A stretch of 63,508 nt of DNA, the filler included, from Octopus bimaculoides (Eukaryota), in assembly GCF_001194135.2 (NCBI RefSeq). It is 6 parts of 6 records of this genome, joined end to end, with 100 filler letters (N's around TTAATTAATTAA, not from the genome) between each part and the next. Parts side by side here need not be neighbours in the genome. Positions count along the whole stretch, not along the records: positions 41,081 to 54,422 come from NC_068990.1; positions 54,523 to 56,703 come from NC_069010.1; positions 56,804 to 63,508 come from NC_068987.1; 3 more parts are not named here. One strand, 5' to 3'. Numbering within the stretch: the stretch's first letter is position 1; each line of letters starts with the position of its first letter. This document shows, piece by piece, positions 54,032 through 63,508 of this stretch. The position numbers and the translations under genes were made by a program. The notes below the pieces were generated by a model, which made no database searches, had not been told where the DNA came from, and was given only the letters and a program-made list of their open reading frames with translations.

Positions 54032-54385
54032 CATCTGAATATGTGTGTGAGTATGTGTTTATTGAGAGAGAGGAGAGGGAGGAGGAGGAACAGGTGAGTA
54101 GATATAGGTATTCGTATGTCAATACTTAATACTTGCTCGCTCCCATACTTTCTGTAAACGAGTCGCACATAAATGCGCACGCATACACACAACACGAACT
54201 CACATTGACAAGCACATACACAAACACAAACCACTTATGTATTTGTGTGCGTGTGTGTGCACGTTTCTGTACATATATACATGTATGTGTATATACATGC
54301 CTATTTATATAGAAATGCATATATATACATACATACATAGATATGTCAATAAATACATATGTATGCACGCATACATATCTATATA

Positions 54386-54422
<37 letters not shown>

Positions 54423-54522
54423 NNNNNNNNNNNNNNNNNNNNNNNNNNNNNNNNNNNNNNNNNNNNTTAATTAATTAANNNNNNNNNNNNNNNNNNNNNN
54501 NNNNNNNNNNNNNNNNNNNNNN

Positions 54523-54579
<57 letters not shown>

Positions 54580-54705
54580 CAAATGTATATACACACATAC
54601 ACACTCACATACGTATACGCATATACGTGAGAGGCAATAGTAAGACATTGAGAAAAGAAAGAGGAAGAGAGCCAGTGAGAGAAAGAGAGAGTACGAGAGA
54701 AGGAA

Positions 54706-54736
<31 letters not shown>

Positions 54737-54850
54737 GAGATAGAGAGAGTACAAGAGTGAGAAGGAGAAGAAAAGAGAAAGTTAATCAGGAAATTCCAAA
54801 TGGAATCAGATAGAGAAATATTTAGACATTTGTAGGACAAGCTTTCAACT

Positions 54851-54932
54851 GCTGTGGTGGCCGAGTGGTTAAGGCGTTGGACTTGAAATCCAATGGGTTG
54901 TACCCGCGCAGGTTCGAATCCTGCCCGCAGCG
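54851..54932 (+). tRNA. trnS(UGA): tRNA-Ser (anticodon TGA), 82 nt, long variable arm
   Basis: Acceptor stem GCTGTGG/CCGCAGC, D-loop TGGCCGAGTGG (A-box), anticodon arm TTGGA-CTTGAAA-TCCAA, T-arm GCAGG-TTCGAAT-CCTGC, discriminator G, Pol III T5 terminator at 54939-43. Confidence 0.95.
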
Positions 54933-55052
54933 ACTTAGTTTTTGTGTCTTTTTTGTCGATTTCTTTTTTGTTTTTGTAGTTTTACTTTCTCCACTCCTTT
55001 CCTGTAGACTTATTCACTTTTATATATATATTTTATTTAAAGCTTAGATGAA

Positions 55053-55200
55053 GGTGCAGCTATGTAGCTAAGAATTTTGCTTCGCAACCTCGTGGTCTCC
55101 AGTTCGATTCTACGACGTGGCGTCTTCGGCAAGTGTTTTCTACTAAAGCTTTGGGCTGATCAATATCTTGTGAATAGATTGACGGGAGATTGAGGAAAGA
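55053..55200 (+). mobile_element. Highly diverged SINE family A head between the two tRNA genes
   Basis: ccagttcgattc...ggcaagtgttttctacta..gc.ttggg..gat...tcttgtgaatagatt.gacgg parallels the family A consensus. Confidence 0.6.
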
Positions 55201-55283
55201 AGCAAAAGAAAGAGAAAAGCTAATCAATTAAATAAAATCTTATCAAATAATATCTATATATTTTTAGGCCACTTCTGTCAGCT

Positions 55284-55365
55284 GCTGTGGTGGCCGAGTG
55301 GTTAAGGCGTTGGACTTGAAATCCAATGGGTTATACCCGCGTAGGTTCGAATCCTGCCCGCAGCG
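55284..55365 (+). tRNA. trnS(UGA): tRNA-Ser (anticodon TGA), second copy
   Basis: Identical to 54851-54932 except one variable-loop change and a T-stem C>T that gives a G:U pair. T7 terminator at 55368-74. Confidence 0.93.
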
Positions 55366-55463
55366 ACTTTTTTTAACGGTTTTTATTGCTTGCTTTTGTA
55401 GTTTCACTTTCTCTAGTCTCTTTTTATAGATTTATTCGCTTTCCGTTTCTTTAAAGCTTAGGT

Positions 55464-55487
55464 GCAGGTTCGAATCCTGCTCGCTGC
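55464..55487 (+). pseudogene. 3' fragment (T-arm plus acceptor strand) of a third tRNA-Ser-type gene
   Basis: GCAGGTTCGAATCCTGCTCGCTGC. The T-arm is identical to copy 1, but the acceptor strand differs and would pair with a 5' GCAGCGA. Confidence 0.7.
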
Positions 55488-55622
55488 AATTTGGATTTAG
55501 TGCTTTTTTTATGTTGATACCTCATGATGTTTGTGTTTATATTCCGTGACTTAGCAGTGCGACACTGTGACATCGATAAAATAAGCAGTAAGACTTTCAG
55601 AAATAACAATAAGCTAATGGTA

Positions 55623-55757
55623 TTCATTATAAGCACTGAGCCATGCGCCTTCATTATAAGCACTGAGCCATGCGCTTTCTTTATAAGTATTGAGCCATGC
55701 CTCTTCTTTATAAGCATTGAGCCATGCGCTTTCATTATAAGCACTGAGCCATGCGCC
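55623..55757. repeat. Minisatellite, 27-bp unit x5
   Basis: Unit ttcattataagcactgagccatgcgc(c/t), starting at 55623, 55650, 55677, 55704 and 55731. Confidence 0.92.
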
Positions 55758-56672
55758 TCCACATATTTTTGTTTAGAAACATGTTTGTTGTAGAAATACT
55801 GTGAGTTAAATTAAAACAAATTTAGAAGCATATATTTATATTTACTGACGCGAGCACATGAGTCTGTGTAAAAATAATAGTGAAGTTAACGTAGGCTGGT
55901 AGTAAGACTATTGGGCTAGCGAGTTCAAGGTTGTGGGTTCAGTATCCGGGTCGGACGGAGCGTTGTGTGTACTTGATGAAGGCTCTTCTTTTAAAGTTGC
56001 TTCCGGTTGCGTTTGCTGCGAAAATGGTTCGTCGGAAATGCTTAGCCTGAAAATATTGCAGATGGAAAATGTCAACGGCCTTTGACGGGTATCGGGTAAC
56101 AGTAACACACACACACACAGAGTCATCATCATATATAGGTTCTGGTGATGCAAACAGAACAATTCAGACCATGAGAATATATGCGTGTGTATGGGGGCGT
56201 GGGGGTGTGCTTGTTATAAATAACAAATTAATGTGTGTGTATGTGTGTGAGACCACTATCCAGTAACCATCAAAGGCCGTTGACATTTTGTATCTGTAAA
56301 GCTTTCAGCCTATCTATCTATCTATCTATCTATATATATATATATATATATATGATTATAATTAAATATAATTACAATAGAGGGCACACGAGGCACCTAC
56401 TTGCTAGAAAGAGGAGCTAAAACCTCAAGTAAATCCCTGAAATACACGCCAGATCACCAGAAATCGGGCAAGTGAGAATAGGTTATCAAACTCATCACAG
56501 ATCAAAGCTGTAGAATGAAGAATCGGATATATTTGGATATATATCTATCACCGTTTCTACCAGACTCTCTGATGCTGCAATACATCGCTTGCAACTGAGC
56601 GCTTCCTCCTCCTGTTGTAGCTTCTGAATGATGCCACCCGGCTGGCTACGCAGGTAGGCCGACATTGCACCC

Positions 56673-56703
<31 letters not shown>

Positions 56704-56828
56704 NNNNNNNNNNNNNNNNNNNNNNNNNNNNNNNNNNNNNNNNNNNNTTAATTAATTAANNNNNNNNNNNNNNNNNNNNNNNNNNNNNNNNNNNNNNNNN
56801 NNNACCAGCCACATTACGAATTGTAAGT

Positions 56829-57320
56829 CACAGCATAAATAATTCTTTCCACTACAGGCACAAGCTGGTCGGCGTGCTAACGATTCTGCCAGCTCGCCAC
56901 CCTTCACAACATTAATTCTCTCTACTAATCCTTCACAGCATAAATAATCCTCTCTACTCTATGCACAAGGCCTGAGATTTTGGGGGAGGGGACTAGTTGA
57001 TTTCATCGACCCCAGTGCGTAACTGGCACTTATTTCATCGATCCCGAAAGGATGAAAGGCAAAGTCGACCTCGGAGGAATTTGAACTCAGAACGTAGCAG
57101 CAGACGAAGTACCACTAAGCATTTCGCCCGGTGTGCTAACGTTTCTGCCAGCTTACCGCCTTAGTCACAGCATAAATAATCATTTCTACTATTGGTACAA
57201 GGCCTGAAATTGGGGTGGGGGCGGATAATCGATTATATCGACCTCAGTACTCAACTGGTACTTAATTTATCGATCCTGAAAGGCAAAGTCGACCTCAGCA
57301 GAATATGAACTCAGAACGTA
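56829..57320 (-). mobile_element. Stack of three SINE family B copies separated by an identical 15-mer
   Basis: cacagcataaataat occurs at 56829, 56934 and 57166, each followed by a family B 3' end. Confidence 0.85.
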
Positions 57321-57944
57321 AAGTTTTACACCATCTGAAGAGTCATTAGTTGAACTATCTCTTGACAGACATTTCAATAAATGCCCATAAATTAAATGAA
57401 TCTATCTGGGCCATGATCATGGCCCGTTGTGCTTTATGTATTGAGGGAGACTTGCTTAGTTTTGGATTCTAAGAGGGTCATGGAAAAATGGTACATGATA
57501 TGAAATTAACAAAACTTCACTAAATAAAAACAAAACCCAACATAAAATATTCTCTATAGCTTCTTCACGATCTGCTGGAGTATACTCTTTATGATATATT
57601 TACACACTATGCAGTTAACGAGAAGAAATTATTGAAATTAGTCATTACTCATTTTACCCCATTTTAGACATCATTTTTGAAACTTAAAAAAATTGACTTG
57701 GAATCCAACAGAGAAAAGAATGGTCAAAGTTGAGGAAATTTTCTTGGAAAAAGAGGACCTGCCACCTATGTTTCAGACTCTCACAACTTCAACAACTATG
57801 CTGAGCAATTTTTACTCCCAAATATAAGGTAGCAATACAAAATGATAATGTAATACTTGCAATGCAGTGATTTCAAACAAGTAGGGAGAAAATAATGAGA
57901 AATCAGGTTACACACTTTTCTCTGGTTACTAATTTTGCCTCCTC

Positions 57945-57988
<44 letters not shown>

Positions 57989-58594
57989 NNNNNNNNNNNN
58001 NNNNNNNNNNNNNNNNNNNNNNNNNNNNNNNNNNNNNNNNNNNNNNNNNNNNNNNNNNNNNNNNNNNNNNNNNNNNNNNNNNNNNNNNNNNNNNNNNNNN
58101 NNNNNNNNNNNNNNNNNNNNNNNNNNNNNNNNNNNNNNNNNNNNNNNNNNNNNNNNNNNNNNNNNNNNNNNNNNNNNNNNNNNNNNNNNNNNNNNNNNNN
58201 NNNNNNNNNNNNNNNNNNNNNNNNNNNNNNNNNNNNNNNNNNNNNNNNNNNNNNNNNNNNNNNNNNNNNNNNNNNNNNNNNNNNNNNNNNNNNNNNNNNN
58301 NNNNNNNNNNNNNNNNNNNNNNNNNNNNNNNNNNNNNNNNNNNNNNNNNNNNNNNNNNNNNNNNNNNNNNNNNNNNNNNNNNNNNNNNNNNNNNNNNNNN
58401 NNNNNNNNNNNNNNNNNNNNNNNNNNNNNNNNNNNNNNNNNNNNNNNNNNNNNNNNNNNNNNNNNNNNNNNNNNNNNNNNNNNNNNNNNNNNNNNNNNNN
58501 NNNNNNNNNNNNNNNNNNNNNNNNNNNNNNNNNNNNNNNNNNNNNNNNNNNNNNNNNNNNNNNNNNNNNNNNNNNNNNNNNNNNNNNNNNNNNN

Positions 58595-58641
<47 letters not shown>

Positions 58642-58654
58642 ATGTATGTATGTA

Positions 58655-58685
<31 letters not shown>

Positions 58686-59074
58686 ATTTCATTCCATAAC
58701 AACTACCTCTGAAGAGCACAGGGTTACATAATCAGACTGTTGCTTAACACTCCTTTGAATCCTTAGTGCGAAACCGATTGGTAAGATCGGCCGTAATGGA
58801 TATGTAATGTACGCGCGCGCGCGCACAGAGAGATTGATAGACAAAGATACGCACACACATACATAAACATTGTTACTTTAAATGCTCATTAAGTTTGTAA
58901 TTAGTTACAAATATGTACTTAGATACGAAGTACATATTAATATTTAATTCTTACTTTTGAAGTGAAAAACGACACGTTCCACCATCAAACCCCAATGTAC
59001 GGTTTTTAATTTATAGATTACCATGTTAAAATTTTACACCGCTACCTTTGACAACACACCGGTTACAAATGCAG

Positions 59075-59092
59075 TGTTTTGATTGGTCAATC
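59075..59092. promoter_or_regulatory. Possible NF-Y/CCAAT box upstream of the right-end gene
   Basis: TTTGATTGGTC (ATTGG at 59082-86) in repeat-poor DNA about 2.5 kb before the ATG. Motif match only. Confidence 0.25.
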
Positions 59093-60480
59093 GTCCCACA
59101 AATGGTGGATTTAAAATTAAATGTCCACAGCAAAGACAACGTTTGTAAGTAATATTTTATGAATGACATTTAATTATTTTCAATGGATTAAGGCTGTGAT
59201 TTACAGCTTGTAGTGTTATATAGATGCTTAAATACTAGCTTGATTCATAATAGTCTGTTAACAGCAAGCATTTTCGTTAGTGTTTTGATTGCCTCTTCTA
59301 GGTAAATAAACAGATTGAGACATAAGAGTCAAAGCAACGAAATTATTAAAACTCACCAGTTTAAATATTGTTTGGAATAAATTACTTTAGCGTTTCGTTT
59401 CAACGTTTGCAAATGTCTCTGTGGAATTATGTATTTGCATTGGCATCGGAAACGGACAAAGGTTATTTCTTAAATATTGAGCATCAACAAAAGTTTGGTG
59501 ATTTGAACAGAAAATGGAGGGAAATCGCGATTGGGTTAAAAGCTAAGTAATATCCTACTCAGAACGTTGGCAAAACAACTGGTGAAAGCCATTCTCCTGT
59601 AGCTTTATATATCACATATATATTTATATATATTGATAGATAAATGTCTTAACGTACTCGAAGTTATATGATCTAGATCTTGTCATTTACTCTTTTCATA
59701 TGTAAAATTTGTTTGGAAGACGAAAGATTCGACTCTGATCGAACGAATATATGATCGGAGGCATTCCATTCGTGACCATCCCGTCTTCTTCTTATATGCA
59801 GAAAGAGCCCAAGGCCACATTGTCCAACGTTCCCTTTATTTCTAAAACAGTATAGTGTAGTTTGAAAGAGAGAAAGAGATATTTAGCTGCTGTTTCTAGT
59901 AGTTCAAGCAACCAAGTAGAAGTTCCCCTGCTGACTCGAGGCATGGTCGATGCAATTAATGTTCGGTTTGAATTTCTGGCAAGAAAACTTTGTCGCGAGC
60001 GATCAATCCAACAAGAGTGTCCTTGCGTGACTACACATAGGTTAATGTTGTTTTATCTACTCTATGCATAAAAACAAAACAAAAACAAAAAAAGCATGTT
60101 TACGGCGAAGTGTCTGAGTATAAGATTGGCGTTTCTTAGTTTCTGTGGGAGCCGTGAAAGTGAAAGTATTTACCTTGTTTAAAGTTGTCAGAAAAACCCC
60201 ACCCCAGATCTTGTAAGCAAAGTTGGGTCTTTAATACTTTGATGCACAACAAACATTTTGTTACTGATTCATGCGCCACTGAAATTGGATTCCGTCTGTA
60301 ATATGCCCGTGTATCTTTTATCCTAGTTGGTTGTACCGGTTGGATAGATACTGCAAAGCATCTCGTGTGTGACCTGTCACTTTTGAAGTTGGATCGATCG
60401 AATATATTCTTTCCTCCTCTAGGCACAAGACCCGAAATTTTTTGGGAGTGGTACTTAATTTGGTAATTTTTCAGATTAAC

Positions 60481-60613
60481 ACCCGCACGATTACCTAACC
60501 CTAAACTGTAACCCTAAAACCGTAATCCTGACCCTACAACCGTTACCTTGACACTAACCCTAAACCCAACCCTAAAACCCTAACCCTAACACCCTAGTGA
60601 AAATCGTGCGGGT
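60481..60613. mobile_element. 133-bp mini-element: 12-bp perfect inverted repeats enclosing degenerate (TAACCC)n
   Basis: ACCCGCACGATT (60481-92) and AATCGTGCGGGT (60602-13) flank repeated taaccc/aaccct variants. Confidence 0.7.
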
Positions 60614-60675
60614 CCATAATTAAATTTTGCGTTTAGAGGGTGCTTTGTACAACAGCACCAGCGTAGTAGTGCCAT

Positions 60676-61056
60676 GTTGGCACTCCATCGCTTACGACGA
60701 CGAGGGCTCCAGTTGATCCGATCAACAGAACAATCTGCTTGTGAAATTAATGCACAAGTGGCTGAGCACACCACAGACACGTGTACCCTTCACGTTGTTC
60801 TTGGGGATATTCAGCGTGACACAGAGTGACAAGGCTGACCCTTTGAATTACAGGCACAACAGAAACAGGAAGTAAGAATGAGAGAAAGTTGTGGTGGAAG
60901 AGTACAGCAGGGTTCGTCACCATCCCCTGCCGGAGTCTCGTGGAGCTTTAGGTGTTTTCGCTCAATAACCACTCACAACGCCCTGTCTGAGAATCGAAAC
61001 CGCGATCCTTTGACCACGAGTCCGCTGCCCTAACCACTGGGCCATTGCGCCTCCAC
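60676..61056 (-). mobile_element. Full-length tRNA-derived SINE, family D, with 11-bp target-site duplication
   Basis: Head gtggaggcgcaatggcccagtggttaggg on the minus strand. AGTAGTGCCAT flanks both sides (60665-75, 61057-67). Partial copies at about 61376-61476 and 62405-62609. Confidence 0.92.
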
Positions 61057-61138
61057 AGTAGTGCCATAACAAATGCAAAAACTGATTATTGAATTTAGTT
61101 TTGAAAGAGTTATATAAAATGTTATTCTTTTATTAAAG

Positions 61139-61263
61139 CTGATGGAGAATCTTAATCACCAAGTGTATTTGATATCAACATCTTGATGGAAGAAGGATGA
61201 ATTTGGAGTCTGGCGTTGATCTAATGTGAACTTAAACTCTGTAATTTACCTGGCACCAGAAAG
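61139..61263 (+). other. Candidate 5' UTR exon of the right-end gene
   Basis: Acceptor ttcttttattaaAG (61137-38) and donor AAAG|GTAAGA (61264). No long open frame, only short uORFs. Confidence 0.4.
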
Positions 61264-61599
61264 GTAAGAAAAGATGGTTCTCTCATGAAATTGGAATGAA
61301 TTTGAAGCTTATCAAAATTCTAGATCTTTACATTTCAGATTTTTATTGCACTGGTTAATGTCATGTTAATGTCATGTGGAGCTTTAAGTGTTTTCGCTCA
61401 ATAAACACAACGCCCGGTCTTGGAATCAAAACCGCGATTCTATGCTGCCCTAACCACTGGGCCATTGCGCCTCCACATTTGAACTATTAACTATTGACAG
61501 TTTCTGTATTATTCCTAAATCTGTTTAAATTCATTCTTTTTTTATTTTTCATTTAATTTCATTTTTTTTCTTCTTATTTTTCAGTGAAATAACTCCACA

Positions 61600-61635
61600 A
61601 TGGATCCCAGACATTTTAATATGTCTGCAAACACT
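61600..61635 (+). CDS. First coding exon (MDPRHFNMSANT) of an unidentified spliced gene; exon 61585-61635
   Basis: Long polypyrimidine tract with CAG acceptor (61582-84), in-frame TGA at 61585 upstream of the ATG, and a phase-0 GTAAGT donor at 61636. Confidence 0.7.
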
Positions 61636-61789
61636 GTAAGTAGTTTAAATTGCTATTTGCTCTGATTTTAATTATGCCTCTTATATTTAATTATAGACAT
61701 GTGACTTTTTTAATTCAAAATTTACTTGATTTTATATTTGTGTGTGTTTGTATATGTATGTATGTGTGTATATGTATGTGTATGTGTGA

Positions 61790-62065
61790 AGGCACATGGC
61801 TCAGTGGTTAGAGTGTCAGGTTCACAATCAAGAGGTATTGAGTTCAATTCCTGGCCCGGGCTGTCTTTTGTGTTCTTGAGCAAGACACTTTATTTTGTGT
61901 TGCTCCAGTTCACCCAGCTGTAGAAATGAATTTCCACATCACTCGCGCTTAGCTATATCAGTCTTTGCCTTTCCCTTGGATAACATTGATGGCATGGAGA
62001 GAGGAGGTGGTATGCATGGGCGATTGCTGGTCATCCATAAACGACCTTGCCCAGACTTGTGACTT
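61790..62065 (+). mobile_element. SINE family C, intronic
   Basis: ggcacatggctcagtggttagag...gagttcaattcc...gtgttcttgagcaagacactt. Confidence 0.88.
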
Positions 62066-62663
62066 GTAGGTAGAATATATATACATATACATACATACAC
62101 ACACACATACACAAAGGGGTCCTTAGATAAAAACTGGTTGAGAACCCAGGTGCTAAAAGGATAAATGTGTATGAAATTTTGATGGGAGATTTTAATTAAG
62201 ATCACTTTAAAACAGGATGTTTGTGTTCCAGGCAGGTTGGTAACAAAAGGGTTACAACACTTAAAAGCAAGTGTCAACCAATCAAGAATTGACCCTTTAT
62301 CATTGTCATTTGTATGTATTTCAATTCGGAGTTTCAACATGGACCCGGTTTCTATGGCATATATGTTCCCCACCCCAGCTAGACGGGACGCCAGTCCATC
62401 GCAGCGTTACTCAAGAAATAGGAAGAAAGAGTGAGAGAAAGTTGGGACGAAAGAGTACAACAGGGGTCGCCACCAACCCCTGCTGGAGCCTCATGGAGCT
62501 TTAGGTGTTTTCGCTCAACAAATACACACAACGCCCAGTCTGGGAATCGAAACCGTGATCCTCCAACTGCGAGTCTACTGCCCTAACCACTGGGCCATTG
62601 CGCCTCCACACATACTCTTATATTTCTAATTAATTCTTTGATGTCTTCTCATTTCCATTACAG

Positions 62664-62732
62664 TCTTTTATGCAGAAACATACTGTGGACAAAGCCTTTC
62701 AGAGCCTCCTGGAGGAGAGTGTCATATTTGAA
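62664..62732 (+). CDS. Second coding exon (SFMQKHTVDKAFQSLLEESVIFE); gene continues beyond the window
   Basis: Acceptor ttccattaCAG, 69 nt open in phase 0 (compatible with the previous exon), GTAAGT donor at 62733. Confidence 0.75.
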
Positions 62733-63045
62733 GTAAGTCGTTTGTTTTCTTATATTTATAAACCAACATACATGTGGATTGTTGGTGATTTTCCTCTGTC
62801 TCCTCTTTCTGCGTCTTATTAATACTTTGCATGTACCACGTCCTCACGTTGTTTTTTTTTTATTAATTATTTAGTTCCACTGCATAGCACCTTGCGTAAG
62901 ATTTTGTTCTATCTCCATTAGGATTGTTTTCATATCTTAACATGAGCTAAGGACCAGTCCATTAGACTCCAGTTGTTTGATGAGCATGTGTGTGTGTTGG
63001 GAGATTGTTGTGGCATAGTGCAGGGTGTTTCAAAATGAGTGATTC

Positions 63046-63168
63046 ACTGTTACAGGGTGCACCTACCTCAACATGCTGTCCATTTAGTTGTTGCTCCAGT
63101 TGGAAAAAGAGGTACCTGACTTCATTATGCAACAAGACAGGGCCCCACTACATTGGCATAAGAAGTAA
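63046..63168 (+). mobile_element. Tc1/mariner transposase catalytic-domain relic
   Basis: Translation TVTGCTYLNMLSI*LLLQLEKEVPDFIMQQDRAPLHWHKK resembles TVTG..YL.ML...L.PQL...FQQDGAPPH. A TIR-like cagggtgttt lies at 63021. Confidence 0.75.
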
Positions 63169-63196
63169 AGGAATAAAGTTCCCCTTCGGTCATATA

Positions 63197-63493
63197 TGAC
63201 CATGAGATTGCATCTAGAAAGTTCCCCTCCAAGGCACAAGTCCAGGTAGGGTTGTTTGTGGAAGACCAGCAGTCACCCATACATACCAGCCTCCCTTCTC
63301 CATGCTACCATTGTTATCCAAGAGAAAGGCAAAGGCTGATACAGCTTGGCACCTGTAATGTCGCAACTCATTACTACAGGTGAGTGAACTGGAGCAACGT
63401 GAAATAAAGTGTCTTGCTCAAGAACACAACACACAGCCCGGTCCGGGAATCAAACTCACAACTTCTCAATTGTAAGCTCAGTGCCTTCACTCA
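63197..63493 (-). mobile_element. SINE family C
   Basis: Collinear with 7188-7490 (aaggcaaaggctgatacagcttggcacc...gtcttgctcaagaacacaacac). Confidence 0.88.
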
Positions 63494-63508
63494 GTTTTCT
63501 CAATTAGC

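Noticed and set aside
57408-57425. 18-bp perfect palindrome GGGCCATGATCATGGCCC
   Set aside because: Short and isolated with no supporting context.
57668-57828. AG/GT-bounded candidate exon with a protein-like frame interrupted by TGA at 57731 (readthrough or selenocysteine considered)
   Set aside because: Weak donor (GTAGCA), no homology recognised, no SECIS evidence, and no compatible neighbouring exon.
59041-59055. RFX X-box-like GCTACC-TTT-GACAAC that would fit a ciliary gene
   Set aside because: Two mismatches to the GTNRCC(N0-3)RGYAAC consensus, so not distinguishable from chance.

Overview
AT-rich, microsatellite-dense, gappy eukaryotic scaffold. The SINE families and repeat landscape look like an Octopus genome (inference, not database-confirmed). 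Most ORFs in the supplied track are microsatellite or N-gap artefacts. Supported content: (1) an intronless 247-aa tropomyosin-like CDS (14585-15328) with a triplicated 38-residue unit; (2) two near-identical tRNA-Ser(UGA) genes plus a 3' relic of a third; (3) the first two coding exons of a spliced gene at the right end (61600-62732, continuing beyond the window); (4) at least five tRNA-headed SINE families (A-E are my labels), two TIR MITEs, two mariner/Tc1 transposase relics and an RTE LINE 3' end. The most unusual signals are a composite SINE (family E: tRNA head + (AAT)n + tail carrying a minimal type I hammerhead ribozyme of the Penelope-associated kind, seen twice), two further unrelated hammerhead-like motifs, the rearranged tropomyosin, a TIR-bounded telomere-like mini-element, and several local inverted or templated duplications. 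No CRISPR array or rRNA is present.
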